Source of the DNA: Dehalococcoidia bacterium
Lineage (GTDB): Bacteria > Chloroflexota > Dehalococcoidia > UBA2979
Direction: 5' to 3'
Assembly: GCA_965219085.1 (NCBI GenBank)
Contig: OZ244720.1
Location: 1,536,001 to 1,600,000 of the forward strand
Length of the DNA stretch: 64,000 nt
The notes below the pieces were generated by a model. That model worked only from the letters and a program-made list of their open reading frames with translations. It was not told the DNA's origin and did no database searches. This document shows positions 55,483 through 64,000 of the stretch, one piece after another; position 1 is the first letter of the stretch, and every line of letters starts with the position of its first letter. Position numbers and translations under genes: made by a program.

Positions 55483-56829
55483 CTACAGCACGCCCAGGTA
55501 GCGCTCCAACTCGAACTCGGAGACGTGGGTGCGGTACTCGTCCCACTCGTGGCGCTTGTTCGCCACCAGCGACTCGCACACGTGCGCGCCGAGGGCGTCA
55601 CGCAGCAGCGCCGAGTCGTCGAAGGCCGCGATCGCCTCGCCGAGCGAGCTCGGCAGCGGCGTGATCGCGCGCCGCTCCACCTCGTCGGCTTCGAGGTCGC
55701 GGACGTCGCGGTCGAGCGCCCCCGGCAGCGCCGCCTCGCGCTCGATGCCGTCGAGGCCGGCCGAGAGCAGCGCGGCGAACGCCAGGTACGGGTTGCAGGC
55801 CGGGTCCGGCACGCGGTACTCGATGCGCGTCGCGCCGGGGTCGCCCGGCTTGTAGCTCGGCACGCGCAGCAGGTCGGCGTGGTTCGTCGTGGACCACGTG
55901 GCGTGGGTCGGCGCCTCGAAGCCCGGCACGAGCCGGCGGTACGAGTTCACCCACTGGTTGGTGACGAGCATCGTCTCCGACGCGTGGTCCAGCAGGCCCG
56001 CCATGAAGTGGCGCGCGAGGGGGCTCAGCCCCAGCGCGTCGTCCGGGTCGGCGAAGGCGTTGTCCTCGCCTCGGAAGAGCGAGAGCTGGAGATGCATACC
56101 GGAGCCGTTCACCTCGCGCAGCGGCTTCGGCATGAACGTCGCGTACGCCCCGTGGCGCATCGCGACCTCTTTCACGACGAGGCGATACGTCATGATCGCG
56201 TCGGCCATCGTCAGCGCGTCGGTGTAGCGCAGGTCGATCTCGTGCTGGCTCGGGGCCGCCTCGTGGTGGCTGAGCGCCACGCCGATGCCCATGCTCTCCA
56301 GCATCAGCACCGTCTCGCGCCGCAGGTCGCTGCCTGAGTCGAGCGGGGTGAGGTCGAAGTACCCGCCGCGGTCGAGGGGCTCCGTTCCGGTCGCGTCGCG
56401 GAAGTAGAAGAACTCGATCTCCGGCGAGACGTAGAACGTCAGCCCCTGCTGAGCCGCGCGTTCGACGGTGCGCTGTAGCACCCAGCGCGGATCGCCCTCG
56501 AACGGTTCGCCGCCTGGCCTGCGGATGTCGCAGAGCATGCGCGCCACCGCGCGCTCGCGCGGCCGCCACGGCAGCAACTGGAACGTCGAAGGGTCGGGGA
56601 CGGCGACCATGTCGGCCTCGTCGACGCGCGCGAAGCCCTCGATCGAGGCGCCGTCGAACGTCACGCCGTCGTCGAGGGCGTGCTCAAGCTCCTCGATGGT
56701 GATGGCGACGGACTTGAGCATCCCGAGGATGTCCGTGAACCACAGGCGGATGAACTTCACGTCCTGGTCGTAGCACGCCTGGATCACGTGCTGCCGCTCG
56801 TCGTAGTCGGACCGCGGTGGACTCGTCAT
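55483..56829 (-). CDS. glnA: Glutamine synthetase, type I family
   Basis: FDGASIEGF, HHEAAPSQHEI, ATFMPKP...NGSGMH, PGFEAP, RIEYRVPDPACNPYLA. Confidence 0.93.
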   Translation of the reverse strand: MTSPPRSDYDERQHVIQACYDQDVKFIRLWFTDILGMLKSVAITIEELEHALDDGVTFDGASIEGFARVDEADMVAVPDPSTFQLLPWRPRERAVARMLCDIRRPGGEPFEGDPRWVLQRTVERAAQQGLTFYVSPEIEFFYFRDATGTEPLDRGGYFDLTPLDSGSDLRRETVLMLESMGIGVALSHHEAAPSQHEIDLRYTDALTMADAIMTYRLVVKEVAMRHGAYATFMPKPLREVNGSGMHLQLSLFRGEDNAFADPDDALGLSPLARHFMAGLLDHASETMLVTNQWVNSYRRLVPGFEAPTHATWSTTNHADLLRVPSYKPGDPGATRIEYRVPDPACNPYLAFAALLSAGLDGIEREAALPGALDRDVRDLEADEVERRAITPLPSSLGEAIAAFDDSALLRDALGAHVCESLVANKRHEWDEYRTHVSEFELERYLGVL

Positions 56830-56905
56830 CGTGCGACGATCGTAGGCGGCGGACGTTTCACCGATGTTTCTCGCAGGCATCGTCCTGGCGTCGGCGGCGA
56901 GTGGC

Positions 56906-58018
56906 TCACTCGTCGCTAAGCTCCCGGAGTGCGGCGCGGATGCGCTCGGCCTCGTCGGCTGTGGCGGGGCGCGGGCGGTTCTCGTCGGGGTCGATGTACG
57001 CCGGACGGAAGTCGATGCTCGGTGGGGCATCCTCGCGCAGCTCGACCACGGCGACGACGCTCGCGAACGGCCCCTCGCCGAGCGTCGCGAGGTCGTCGCG
57101 GTCGAGGTCGAAGACGAAGTTGCCGAGGCCGTAGAGGATCAGCGCGTCGCCTCGGCGCTCCCACGGCTGGAGCGTGTGCCCGTGGTGTCCGGCCACGAGG
57201 GTGGCCCCGGCATCCGCGGCGGCGCGGGCGAGCAGGCGCTGCTCTTCGGTGGGGTCGGGGTCGTACTCCGTGCCGAAGTGGAAGACCACGACGACGAAGT
57301 CGGCCTCGACGGTGGCGGCCTGCACCGCGGCGATCACCTCCTCGTGGCCCGCCTCGGCGACACCGGAGCGCGACTCGCCGGCGAAGACCGAGGAGCGCAC
57401 CGCGCTGAACCCGAGCAGTGCGAGGCGGAATCCGCTCGCCTCGAGCATGAGCGGCCGCGCCGCCTCGGTGGCGTCGCCGCCCGCTCCGAAGTGCGCCACC
57501 CCGAGCGCGTCGAGGGCCTCGCGCGTGTCGATGAGGCCGACCGGCCCGAAGTCGAGCGCGTGGTTGTTGGCAAGCGAGACGGCGTCGAAGCCGGCCTCGC
57601 GCAGCGTCGGCGCGAGCGAGGGCGGCGCACGGAACGTGTAGTACTTGTTCGCGCGCACGCCGCGGTCGGTGAAGGCGCCCTCGAGGTTGCCGATCAGCAC
57701 GTCCACGCCCCTGAACAGCCGGGTCACGCGCTCGAACGGGTAGCCGGGGCCGTGCTCCTGCATGAGCGTGACCACGTCACGCGCAAACATCAGGTCGCCG
57801 ACGAGGCCGATCGTCACTGTGGGCGGCCCGGGCGTCGCGGTCGGTGCGAGCGTGGCAGGCGCGGCGGTCGGTGTCAGGGCCGATGCGGCAACGGTCGGTG
57901 CTGCGGGATCCGCGGGCGTCGGGGTCATGAGCCCGGGCCCGCGCACCGGCTCCCTCGCCGCGCAGGCCATGAGCAGCGCGATGAGCGCCGACGCCATCGC
58001 GGCGCGGAGGGCGGGCAT
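56906..58018 (-). CDS. CapA family (PGA_cap metallophosphatase) lipoprotein
   Basis: LMAC lipobox; VGDLM, GNLEG, LANNHALD, HFGTEY, GHHGH, YGLGNFVF. Confidence 0.9.
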   Translation of the reverse strand: MPALRAAMASALIALLMACAAREPVRGPGLMTPTPADPAAPTVAASALTPTAAPATLAPTATPGPPTVTIGLVGDLMFARDVVTLMQEHGPGYPFERVTRLFRGVDVLIGNLEGAFTDRGVRANKYYTFRAPPSLAPTLREAGFDAVSLANNHALDFGPVGLIDTREALDALGVAHFGAGGDATEAARPLMLEASGFRLALLGFSAVRSSVFAGESRSGVAEAGHEEVIAAVQAATVEADFVVVVFHFGTEYDPDPTEEQRLLARAAADAGATLVAGHHGHTLQPWERRGDALILYGLGNFVFDLDRDDLATLGEGPFASVVAVVELREDAPPSIDFRPAYIDPDENRPRPATADEAERIRAALRELSDE

Positions 58019-58032
58019 GCGACTGCGCGCGG

Positions 58033-59529
58033 CTACGGCCCGCAGCCGCTGATGATCAGCGGCTCGCGCCAGAGGCGGCCGAACCTGAATGTACCCTCGA
58101 ACGCGGCGTTCGCGGCAGCGTCGGCCGAGGGGTCGAGCGTCACGAATGCACCCTCCCACTCGTGCCGCCCGTTGGCGACGGCGATCGCGCCGGGGGCGCA
58201 CTCCGTCTCCAACGCGTGGCGGAGCCGCTCGACGCCGCCGGTGTAGATGGTGAGCGTCTCGGTGCTGCTTCGCACGGAGGGTTCGAGGTACGTCGGGTGC
58301 CCGCAGTAGTCCACGCGCAGCGGAGCCACGTCGAGTCCCTCCGGGAACGCCGCCTCGAAGTCGGCGTTGTGCGGGCTCGCGATCCCGTTCGGCGCGACCG
58401 CGTAGGAAACCCATCGCGTCTCGCCGTCCTCGATCACCGATCCGTAGACGATGACGCCGCCCGGGCACTGCGCGCCCAGGATGCCCCGGAAGTCCTCGTG
58501 TGAGCCGCTGAAGGTGATCAGACCGGGCCGGATGCCCGCCCACTGGGACCAGGCGCCTTCGCCGAGACCGTTCCAGGAGCGGACGCGGAACGTGCGAGCC
58601 GGAGCGTGGAATACGGTCTCAATGGCCGTCTGGGTCTTGCCGCCCACCCACGCGATCTCGGACCAGTAGTCGTAGCCGATGAGGTGGTCGATGGCGTGTC
58701 GGCGTTCGACCTGGTGGGCGAAGATGTCGCTGCCGCCGGCGTCGGGGGCGACCCACCGCAGGCGCACCTCCCGCGGGCCGATCCCGATGATGGTGAGCGA
58801 CGGCGGGCGTGCGGGCACGGTGACGTCGTCACGGGCGAGCACGGGCTCCGACCACTCGCTGGCGCCCGCACCGTTCCAGGATCGGATCCGGTACGCGCGC
58901 CCGGGCTCCTCGAACGGGTTGTCGATCGTGAACGCAAAGCGCGAGTCGCCTTCGGGCCACTCGGTGAACGCCCAGAAGCCGACGACGATGCGGTGATCGG
59001 AGCCGAAGAGCCGCTCGAGCTCGTAGCGAATCACGGGGCTGCCGTTCTCGACGGGCGTGCTCCACTCAATCGTGATCGACTCGGCGCTCACGGCGGTGAC
59101 GGCGAGGTCCGTGATTGCAGCGGGCGCGGCGGCGGGGGTGCCGTGCGCGGGCTCGGACCACTCGCCGGCGCCCGCCGCGCTGACTGCGCGTACGCGGTAC
59201 CAGTAGCGCTGACCCTGGGTCAGTGGGCGGTCGCGAAGCGCCGCGAACCCGGGATGGGACGTGAGGTCTGTCCACTGCTCACCGTCGTCGCTGCGCTGGA
59301 TGTCGTAGCCGGTGACCGGTTCGCCGTTGTCGGCCGGTACGGACCAGCGCAGCACGAGCGAGCCCCCGCTGCCGATCCGGACGGCGAGGGCCTCCACCCG
59401 GTCGGGCGGTGTGGCCACGTTGGAGCTGACTGCGGCCTCCCCTTCGGCCGCCGCCGGAGCCACCGCGACCGCAAGCCACCCGAGCGCAGCGAGGGCGACC
59501 GACGCGGCGAGGACAAACGCGCGGCTCAC
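58033..59529 (-). CDS. Secreted fibronectin type III repeat protein
   Basis: Signal peptide; three W..P..NG/GG.P/I..Y...YRVRA/S.N..G.G.WS modules; duplicated C-terminal domain. Confidence 0.88.
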   Translation of the reverse strand: MSRAFVLAASVALAALGWLAVAVAPAAAEGEAAVSSNVATPPDRVEALAVRIGSGGSLVLRWSVPADNGEPVTGYDIQRSDDGEQWTDLTSHPGFAALRDRPLTQGQRYWYRVRAVSAAGAGEWSEPAHGTPAAAPAAITDLAVTAVSAESITIEWSTPVENGSPVIRYELERLFGSDHRIVVGFWAFTEWPEGDSRFAFTIDNPFEEPGRAYRIRSWNGAGASEWSEPVLARDDVTVPARPPSLTIIGIGPREVRLRWVAPDAGGSDIFAHQVERRHAIDHLIGYDYWSEIAWVGGKTQTAIETVFHAPARTFRVRSWNGLGEGAWSQWAGIRPGLITFSGSHEDFRGILGAQCPGGVIVYGSVIEDGETRWVSYAVAPNGIASPHNADFEAAFPEGLDVAPLRVDYCGHPTYLEPSVRSSTETLTIYTGGVERLRHALETECAPGAIAVANGRHEWEGAFVTLDPSADAAANAAFEGTFRFGRLWREPLIISGCGP

Positions 59530-59646
59530 GCTGCCCGGCTCACGCAGCGCTCACGATCAGTTGCCCCGCGCCTGAGATGGTCACGGCCGTCACACTAACA
59601 CTACGGCGGGGCGGGCACGTCGGATGTACCCTCGAACGGGAGCATC

Positions 59647-60390
59647 ATGACGGCCGAGTCCAGGCGAACAGCCCAACACCGCTCGCCCCTGCTCATCGCG
59701 CATCGCACGGCGATGGGCCTGCGGCCCGAGAACACCATCGTTGGCATCGAGGCGGCCATCGCCTCGGGCGTCGACGGCGTCGAGATCGACGTGCGCGCCA
59801 CGCGCGACGGTGTGCTGGTGCTCATGCACGACGCCTCGCTTGCCCGCACCACGGGCGACCCGCGGGAGGTCGAGGAGGTCACGCTGGACGGGCTGCGCGC
59901 GCTGCGCGTCCTCGACCCGCACGGCGACGTCGGCCCCCAGCCCGTCCCGACGTTCGCCGAGGCGCTGCAGGCGACGGCCGCCACGCACCTCGTGATCGAG
60001 GTGAAGCAGACGGGCATCGAGGACCTGGTCGCGAAGGGCGTCCGCGACGGCGACGCCCTCGGACGCTGCTCGCTGTGCGCGTTCGACGCCGGGGTGTGCG
60101 CGGCGTCGGCCGAGGTGATGCCCGATGTGCCCGTCTCGCTCCTCGCCGCGCCGAACCGCGATGCCGCCGAGGTGCTCGCGCAGGCCGCCGAGCTCGGCCT
60201 CGCGGGCGTGAGCCTGCACTACTCGATGGTGGATGAGCAGCTCGTGCGTGACGCGCACGACGTCGGCCTGAGCGTGGCGACGTGGACCGTCAACACCGAC
60301 GCCGAGGCGCGCCGCCTGCACGCGGCGGGCGTGGCTCTGATCTGCGGGGACTACCCGGCGAGCCTGGTCGAGGTGGTGCGCGGCGCGTGA
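59647..60390 (+). CDS. Glycerophosphodiester phosphodiesterase family protein
   Basis: IAHR...PENT, EIDV..TRDG.LVLMHD, IEVK, WTVN. Confidence 0.92.
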   Translation: MTAESRRTAQHRSPLLIAHRTAMGLRPENTIVGIEAAIASGVDGVEIDVRATRDGVLVLMHDASLARTTGDPREVEEVTLDGLRALRVLDPHGDVGPQPVPTFAEALQATAATHLVIEVKQTGIEDLVAKGVRDGDALGRCSLCAFDAGVCAASAEVMPDVPVSLLAAPNRDAAEVLAQAAELGLAGVSLHYSMVDEQLVRDAHDVGLSVATWTVNTDAEARRLHAAGVALICGDYPASLVEVVRGA

Positions 60391-60513
60391 CGCCGCGGCG
60401 TCAGCCGTGACACTAACGTCTGACGAACGGAGTCGGCGATGACCGAACGGGCTGGAGGTCTGGACGAGCGCGCCGCTGATGCACGGTCTGACGAGCCCGC
60501 GGGGTAACGCGAG

Positions 60514-61200
60514 GTGCACGATCCATCCCAGTTCCGTGACGACCTCGCGAAGCTTCCCATGGCTGTGCTTGTGGTTGCGGTTACGGGCACGCTCGGCTTC
60601 TTTGCGGTGATGCTCACGTTTGGCGGCATCGCGGACGCACTCGCGCTCAACGGCCAGCACCCGAGGCGTGAGGGTATCGAGCTTGTACTGTTTCCGCTCG
60701 GGGTAGTAGCGACGAGCCTCCTGATGCGCAGGTTGGGACGCGACATACCCGTCGCGCGCCGCCCGTGGGTGGGGCCGCTGCTGCCGCTGTTGGCGGCGCC
60801 GGTAGTACCGGGGATCGCCTTGCACCTCTGGTCAACCTGGGAGGCGCAACGCCTGGAGGCGGCGATCGGGCCGGAACGGTTGCTGGGGGCCGCGATGATC
60901 GCGGCCGCCGCAGTCGCGGGAACGCTGTTCTTCCCCCGGATCGCGGCCGCGATCGCGGGAGCCATCGCCGTTCCGATCCTGTTCGGCTTGCTCGTACTCC
61001 CAATCCCCACGAGCGCGCTCGTCGACAACAACGGGGTGGGTTTCACCTACCTCGCGCTCTGGTTCGGGGGCCCGTTGGCGCTGGTCTACGCGTCGTGGCG
61101 AATGGGGGGGCGTCCGTTGAGCCACGCTATGCGGGTCGGGGCGATCACGCTCTTCCTCGGCATCTTCGGTTACGGGTGGGCGCACGGCTCAGGAGGTTGA
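60514..61200 (+). CDS. Integral membrane hypothetical protein
   Basis: About 7 hydrophobic segments; GAGG before GTG. Confidence 0.7.
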   Translation: MHDPSQFRDDLAKLPMAVLVVAVTGTLGFFAVMLTFGGIADALALNGQHPRREGIELVLFPLGVVATSLLMRRLGRDIPVARRPWVGPLLPLLAAPVVPGIALHLWSTWEAQRLEAAIGPERLLGAAMIAAAAVAGTLFFPRIAAAIAGAIAVPILFGLLVLPIPTSALVDNNGVGFTYLALWFGGPLALVYASWRMGGRPLSHAMRVGAITLFLGIFGYGWAHGSGG

Positions 61201-61294
61201 GTGTGCCCCACCGATGCTGTGCTGCGCTTCATATGCCTGACGTGCCAGGACACGCGCCTTACGGGTGACCGTGTCGCCCCGGGGTGCTGCGCCG

Positions 61295-62134
61295 CTACTC
61301 CAGCGTGAGCGGGGTGTCCTCGCGGTTCGCCCACTCGCCCATCGAGCCGTCGTAGTTGCGCGCGCGGTCGTTGCCGAGCATGCGCAGGACGAAGGCCGCG
61401 AACGCGGCCCGGATGCCACCCTGTCAATAGCTGACCGTCGCCGCCTCCGGGTTGATCCCCGCGCCTTCGATCAGCTCCCGGATCTCGTCGAGGGGGCGGA
61501 AGCGGCGCGACGGCGGGCCCTGCATCAGCCGTAGCCACTCGAGGTGCTTCGCGCCCGGCACGTGGCCGGCGCGCTGGTTGCCGCGGCCGTTCGAGCCGTC
61601 CCACTCGCCGTCGGAGCGCGTGTCCCAGATCTGGGGCGCGTCCGGCGCGTCCGGGCCCGCCTCGACGATGGTCAGCAGCTCGTCGACGGTGCAGTGCGAG
61701 CGGTCGTCGACGCGCGTCGTGAACGTCGCGGGCGCGGGGCGTGCGGGCGCCGAGGTGAGCGGGCGGCCCTCGTGCAGCCAGGCGTTGAGGCCGCCGTCGA
61801 CGACGCGCACGTCGCGATGGCCGAAGTGCTCGAACACCCACCACACGCGCGCGGCGTGTAGCGAGGCGTTGTCGTCGTAGATGACGACCGGCGTGTCGTT
61901 GGAGATGCCGAGGCGGCCCATGAGCGCCTCGAACTCCGGCGCGGTCATGACGAGCCGGGACTGCTCGCGGCCCTTGAGATAGGGGTGCGGCAGACCGACG
62001 GCGCCCGGGATGTGGGCGCGCCGGTAGGCGACGGCCTCGCCGGCGTCGATGAGCGCGAAGTCGCTGCCGACGCCGTCGAGGTTGTCGGCCAGCCAATCCG
62101 TGGTCGTGAGCAACTCGGACTGAGCGGTCGTCAT
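61295..62134 (-). CDS. Two-domain rhodanese/sulfurtransferase, selenocysteine-containing (UGA at 61424-61426)
   Basis: AHIPGA, AARVWW, GHVPGA, VSY-UGA-QGGIRAA...NYDGSMGEW; UGA falls at the catalytic Cys position; frame ends at TAG 61295. Confidence 0.9.
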
Positions 62135-62240
62135 GGTCGCCTCCTCATCGCCGCCGGGGGATCATACGCGGCGTGGCGCCCGGCGTCGGGCCGCCTCGAC
62201 GCGGGGCGCGGTAGCATGGCGTCGCTTCAGGAGGCGACCC

Positions 62241-63080
62241 GTGCGCATCGGCATCTCGCTCCCCGTGCGGGAGCTCCAGAACGACATGGCGGCGATCCGC
62301 GATTTCGCGCAGACCGCCGACGAACTCGGATTCACACACCTCCGCGTCCCCGAGCTACTCATCCGCCCCGGCAGCGGCGAGCTGCACGAGTCGCTGACGC
62401 TGCTGAGCTGGGTCGCGGCGCTCACCACGAACATCGAGCTCGTGCCGTCGGTGATCATCCTGCCCGCCCGCCAGACCGTGATGGTGGCGAAGCAGGCCGC
62501 CACCATCGACGTGCTGAGCGGCGGGCGCTTGCGCCTCGGCGTGGGCATAGGCGGGAGCGCCGAGGAGTATGTCGCGCTCGGCCAGGACTTCCACACGCGC
62601 GGGCGGCGCTGCGACGAGCAACTCGAACTGCTGCGCCTGCTGTGGACGCAGGAGTCGGTCGACTTCGAAGGGCGTTGGGACCGCGTCGAGGGCGCGGGCA
62701 TCGGCCCGCTGCCCGTGCAGCGCCCGATCCCGGTCTGGATCGGGCCCGGCGGCGGTGCGCCACTCCCCGAGCCGGTGCTGCGCCGCATCGGCCGCTTTGC
62801 CGACGGCTGGTTCGCCATTGTCCCGCGCGACCAGGTAGCCCCGACGCACGAGGCCATCGCCCGCCACGCCGAGGAAGCGGGGCGCGACCCGGCCGCGATC
62901 GGCGTCGAGGGCGCCGTGGGTGTGACCGGCGGAGCAACAGCCGAGTGGCTCGCGGACGTCGATGCGTGGGAAGCCGCGGGGGCGACGCACCTCTGCCTGC
63001 GCACGCTCGGCGCGGACCTCGACGGTGCCGGGCACGTCGCCGCCCTGCGCGAGGCCCGCGAGGCGCTCGACGCGCGTTAG
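62241..63080 (+). CDS. LLM class (probably F420-dependent) oxidoreductase
   Basis: AKQAATIDVLSGGRLRLGVGIG, PLPVQRPIPVWIG, ADGW. Confidence 0.9.
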   Translation: MRIGISLPVRELQNDMAAIRDFAQTADELGFTHLRVPELLIRPGSGELHESLTLLSWVAALTTNIELVPSVIILPARQTVMVAKQAATIDVLSGGRLRLGVGIGGSAEEYVALGQDFHTRGRRCDEQLELLRLLWTQESVDFEGRWDRVEGAGIGPLPVQRPIPVWIGPGGGAPLPEPVLRRIGRFADGWFAIVPRDQVAPTHEAIARHAEEAGRDPAAIGVEGAVGVTGGATAEWLADVDAWEAAGATHLCLRTLGADLDGAGHVAALREAREALDAR

Positions 63081-63109
63081 CCGCTCACGATAGCCGCTAC
63101 TGGGCGGGG

Positions 63110-64000
63110 CTACGCCCCGCGGCCGGCGAAGATCGCCGGCGGGTACGCGGGCTCGACGTCGTCCGGGATGCCGTCGCGGATGGCCCGCTCCACCGTCTCG
63201 GCGGCGAGGTCGATATCCGCCTCGTTGTTGAAGGCGTGGAGCGACAGCCGCACGCTGTTGAACTCGGCGACCGAGCGACACACAACCCTCGCCTCGGCCT
63301 GGAGGAAGGCGTTCACGTCGCCCGCAGGCAGCTCGTCCACGCTGAAGCAGAACAGCCCGGTGCGCGTCGAATCATGGAGCGGGCTGACCACGCTCACGCC
63401 CTCGATGCGCCCGAAGCGCCCCTCGGCGTAGCGGTTGAGCTCGCGTGCCCGCTCGAAGACCGCCTCGGGCCCCGAGTCGAGGAACCACTCGGCCGCCTCG
63501 AGCGTGCCAGCGATGAGCGGCGTCGAGGTTGTCGTGAGCTCGTACTTCGTGATGCGCTCGCGCTCGGGCTCGAAGTTGCCCTCGAAGTCGTATGAGGCGG
63601 CCGAGCGCCCCGCCACCTTCGCCGGCGCGACGAGCGGGATCAGCTCCTCGCGCACGTAGAGCGCGCCGAGGCCGTCCGGGCCGCACAGCCACTTGTGTGA
63701 CGGGATCGCATAGAAGTCGACGCCGCTGTCGTGCACGTCGATCGGGATGTGGCCGGCCGTCTGCGCGCCGTCGACGAGCACGTACCCGCCTCGGCGGTGG
63801 GTCTCCTCGACGATGGCCTTGAGTGGCAGCAACTGGCCGGTCGAGTAGGAGATCTCGGAGAGGATGACGAGCTTCGTGTTGCCCTGTGCGGCGCCCATCG
63901 TAGAGACGAAGGACTCCATCGCCTGGCCGGGCGAGTCCTGCGCGTGGATGGGGACGATCAGCACCTCGCAGCCCGTGCGCTCGCGCAGGTAGTAGGCGGG
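63110..64000 (-). CDS. Aminotransferase class V PLP enzyme (cysteine desulfurase / Sec lyase / isopenicillin N epimerase fold), 5'-truncated
   Basis: LVDGAQTAG, SHKWLCGPDGLG, VRLSLHAFN. Confidence 0.88.
   Translation of the reverse strand, partial: PAYYLRERTGCEVLIVPIHAQDSPGQAMESFVSTMGAAQGNTKLVILSEISYSTGQLLPLKAIVEETHRRGGYVLVDGAQTAGHIPIDVHDSGVDFYAIPSHKWLCGPDGLGALYVREELIPLVAPAKVAGRSAASYDFEGNFEPERERITKYELTTTSTPLIAGTLEAAEWFLDSGPEAVFERARELNRYAEGRFGRIEGVSVVSPLHDSTRTGLFCFSVDELPAGDVNAFLQAEARVVCRSVAEFNSVRLSLHAFNNEADIDLAAETVERAIRDGIPDDVEPAYPPAIFAGRGA

Noticed and set aside
54094-55607. Diversity-generating retroelement TR/VR pair
   Set aside because: Differences are synonymous and not adenine-specific, and there is no reverse transcriptase in the window

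Overview
High-GC bacterial chromosome segment. The gene content (11-subunit nuo operon without nuoEFG, LLM oxidoreductase, VOC proteins, acyl-CoA dehydrogenase, FN3 surface protein, PIN toxin-antitoxin pairs) suggests Chloroflexota/Dehalococcoidia, which is an inference. In order it carries: the end of the ribosomal alpha operon (rpmJ-rpsM-rpsK-rpsD-rpoA-rplQ-truA-rplM-rpsI); a PGM/PMM and NDP-sugar pyrophosphorylase pair; a SAM-cycle/MTA-salvage operon (mtnA-mini-HNH-mtnP-GNAT-ahcY-metK); plsX; csoR/trxA; groESL with a CIRCE; tRNA-Sec followed by a decayed restriction-modification gene broken by an IS3; secA, prs, valS; nuoABCDHIJKLMN; glnA and assorted enzymes. The ORF track misses several things: (1) two selenoproteins split at UGA, a ferredoxin:thioredoxin reductase (CHU) and a rhodanese-type sulfurtransferase (YUQGGIR), each with a SECIS-like hairpin; (2) a DUF3800 gene plus structured RNA, flanked by two synonymously diverged copies of the glnA 3' end, with no integrase; (3) a leaderless Val-codon leader peptide and attenuator-like hairpin before valS; (4) a 14-nt palindrome in four copies inside coding sequences; (5) two unassigned rod-like RNA candidates.
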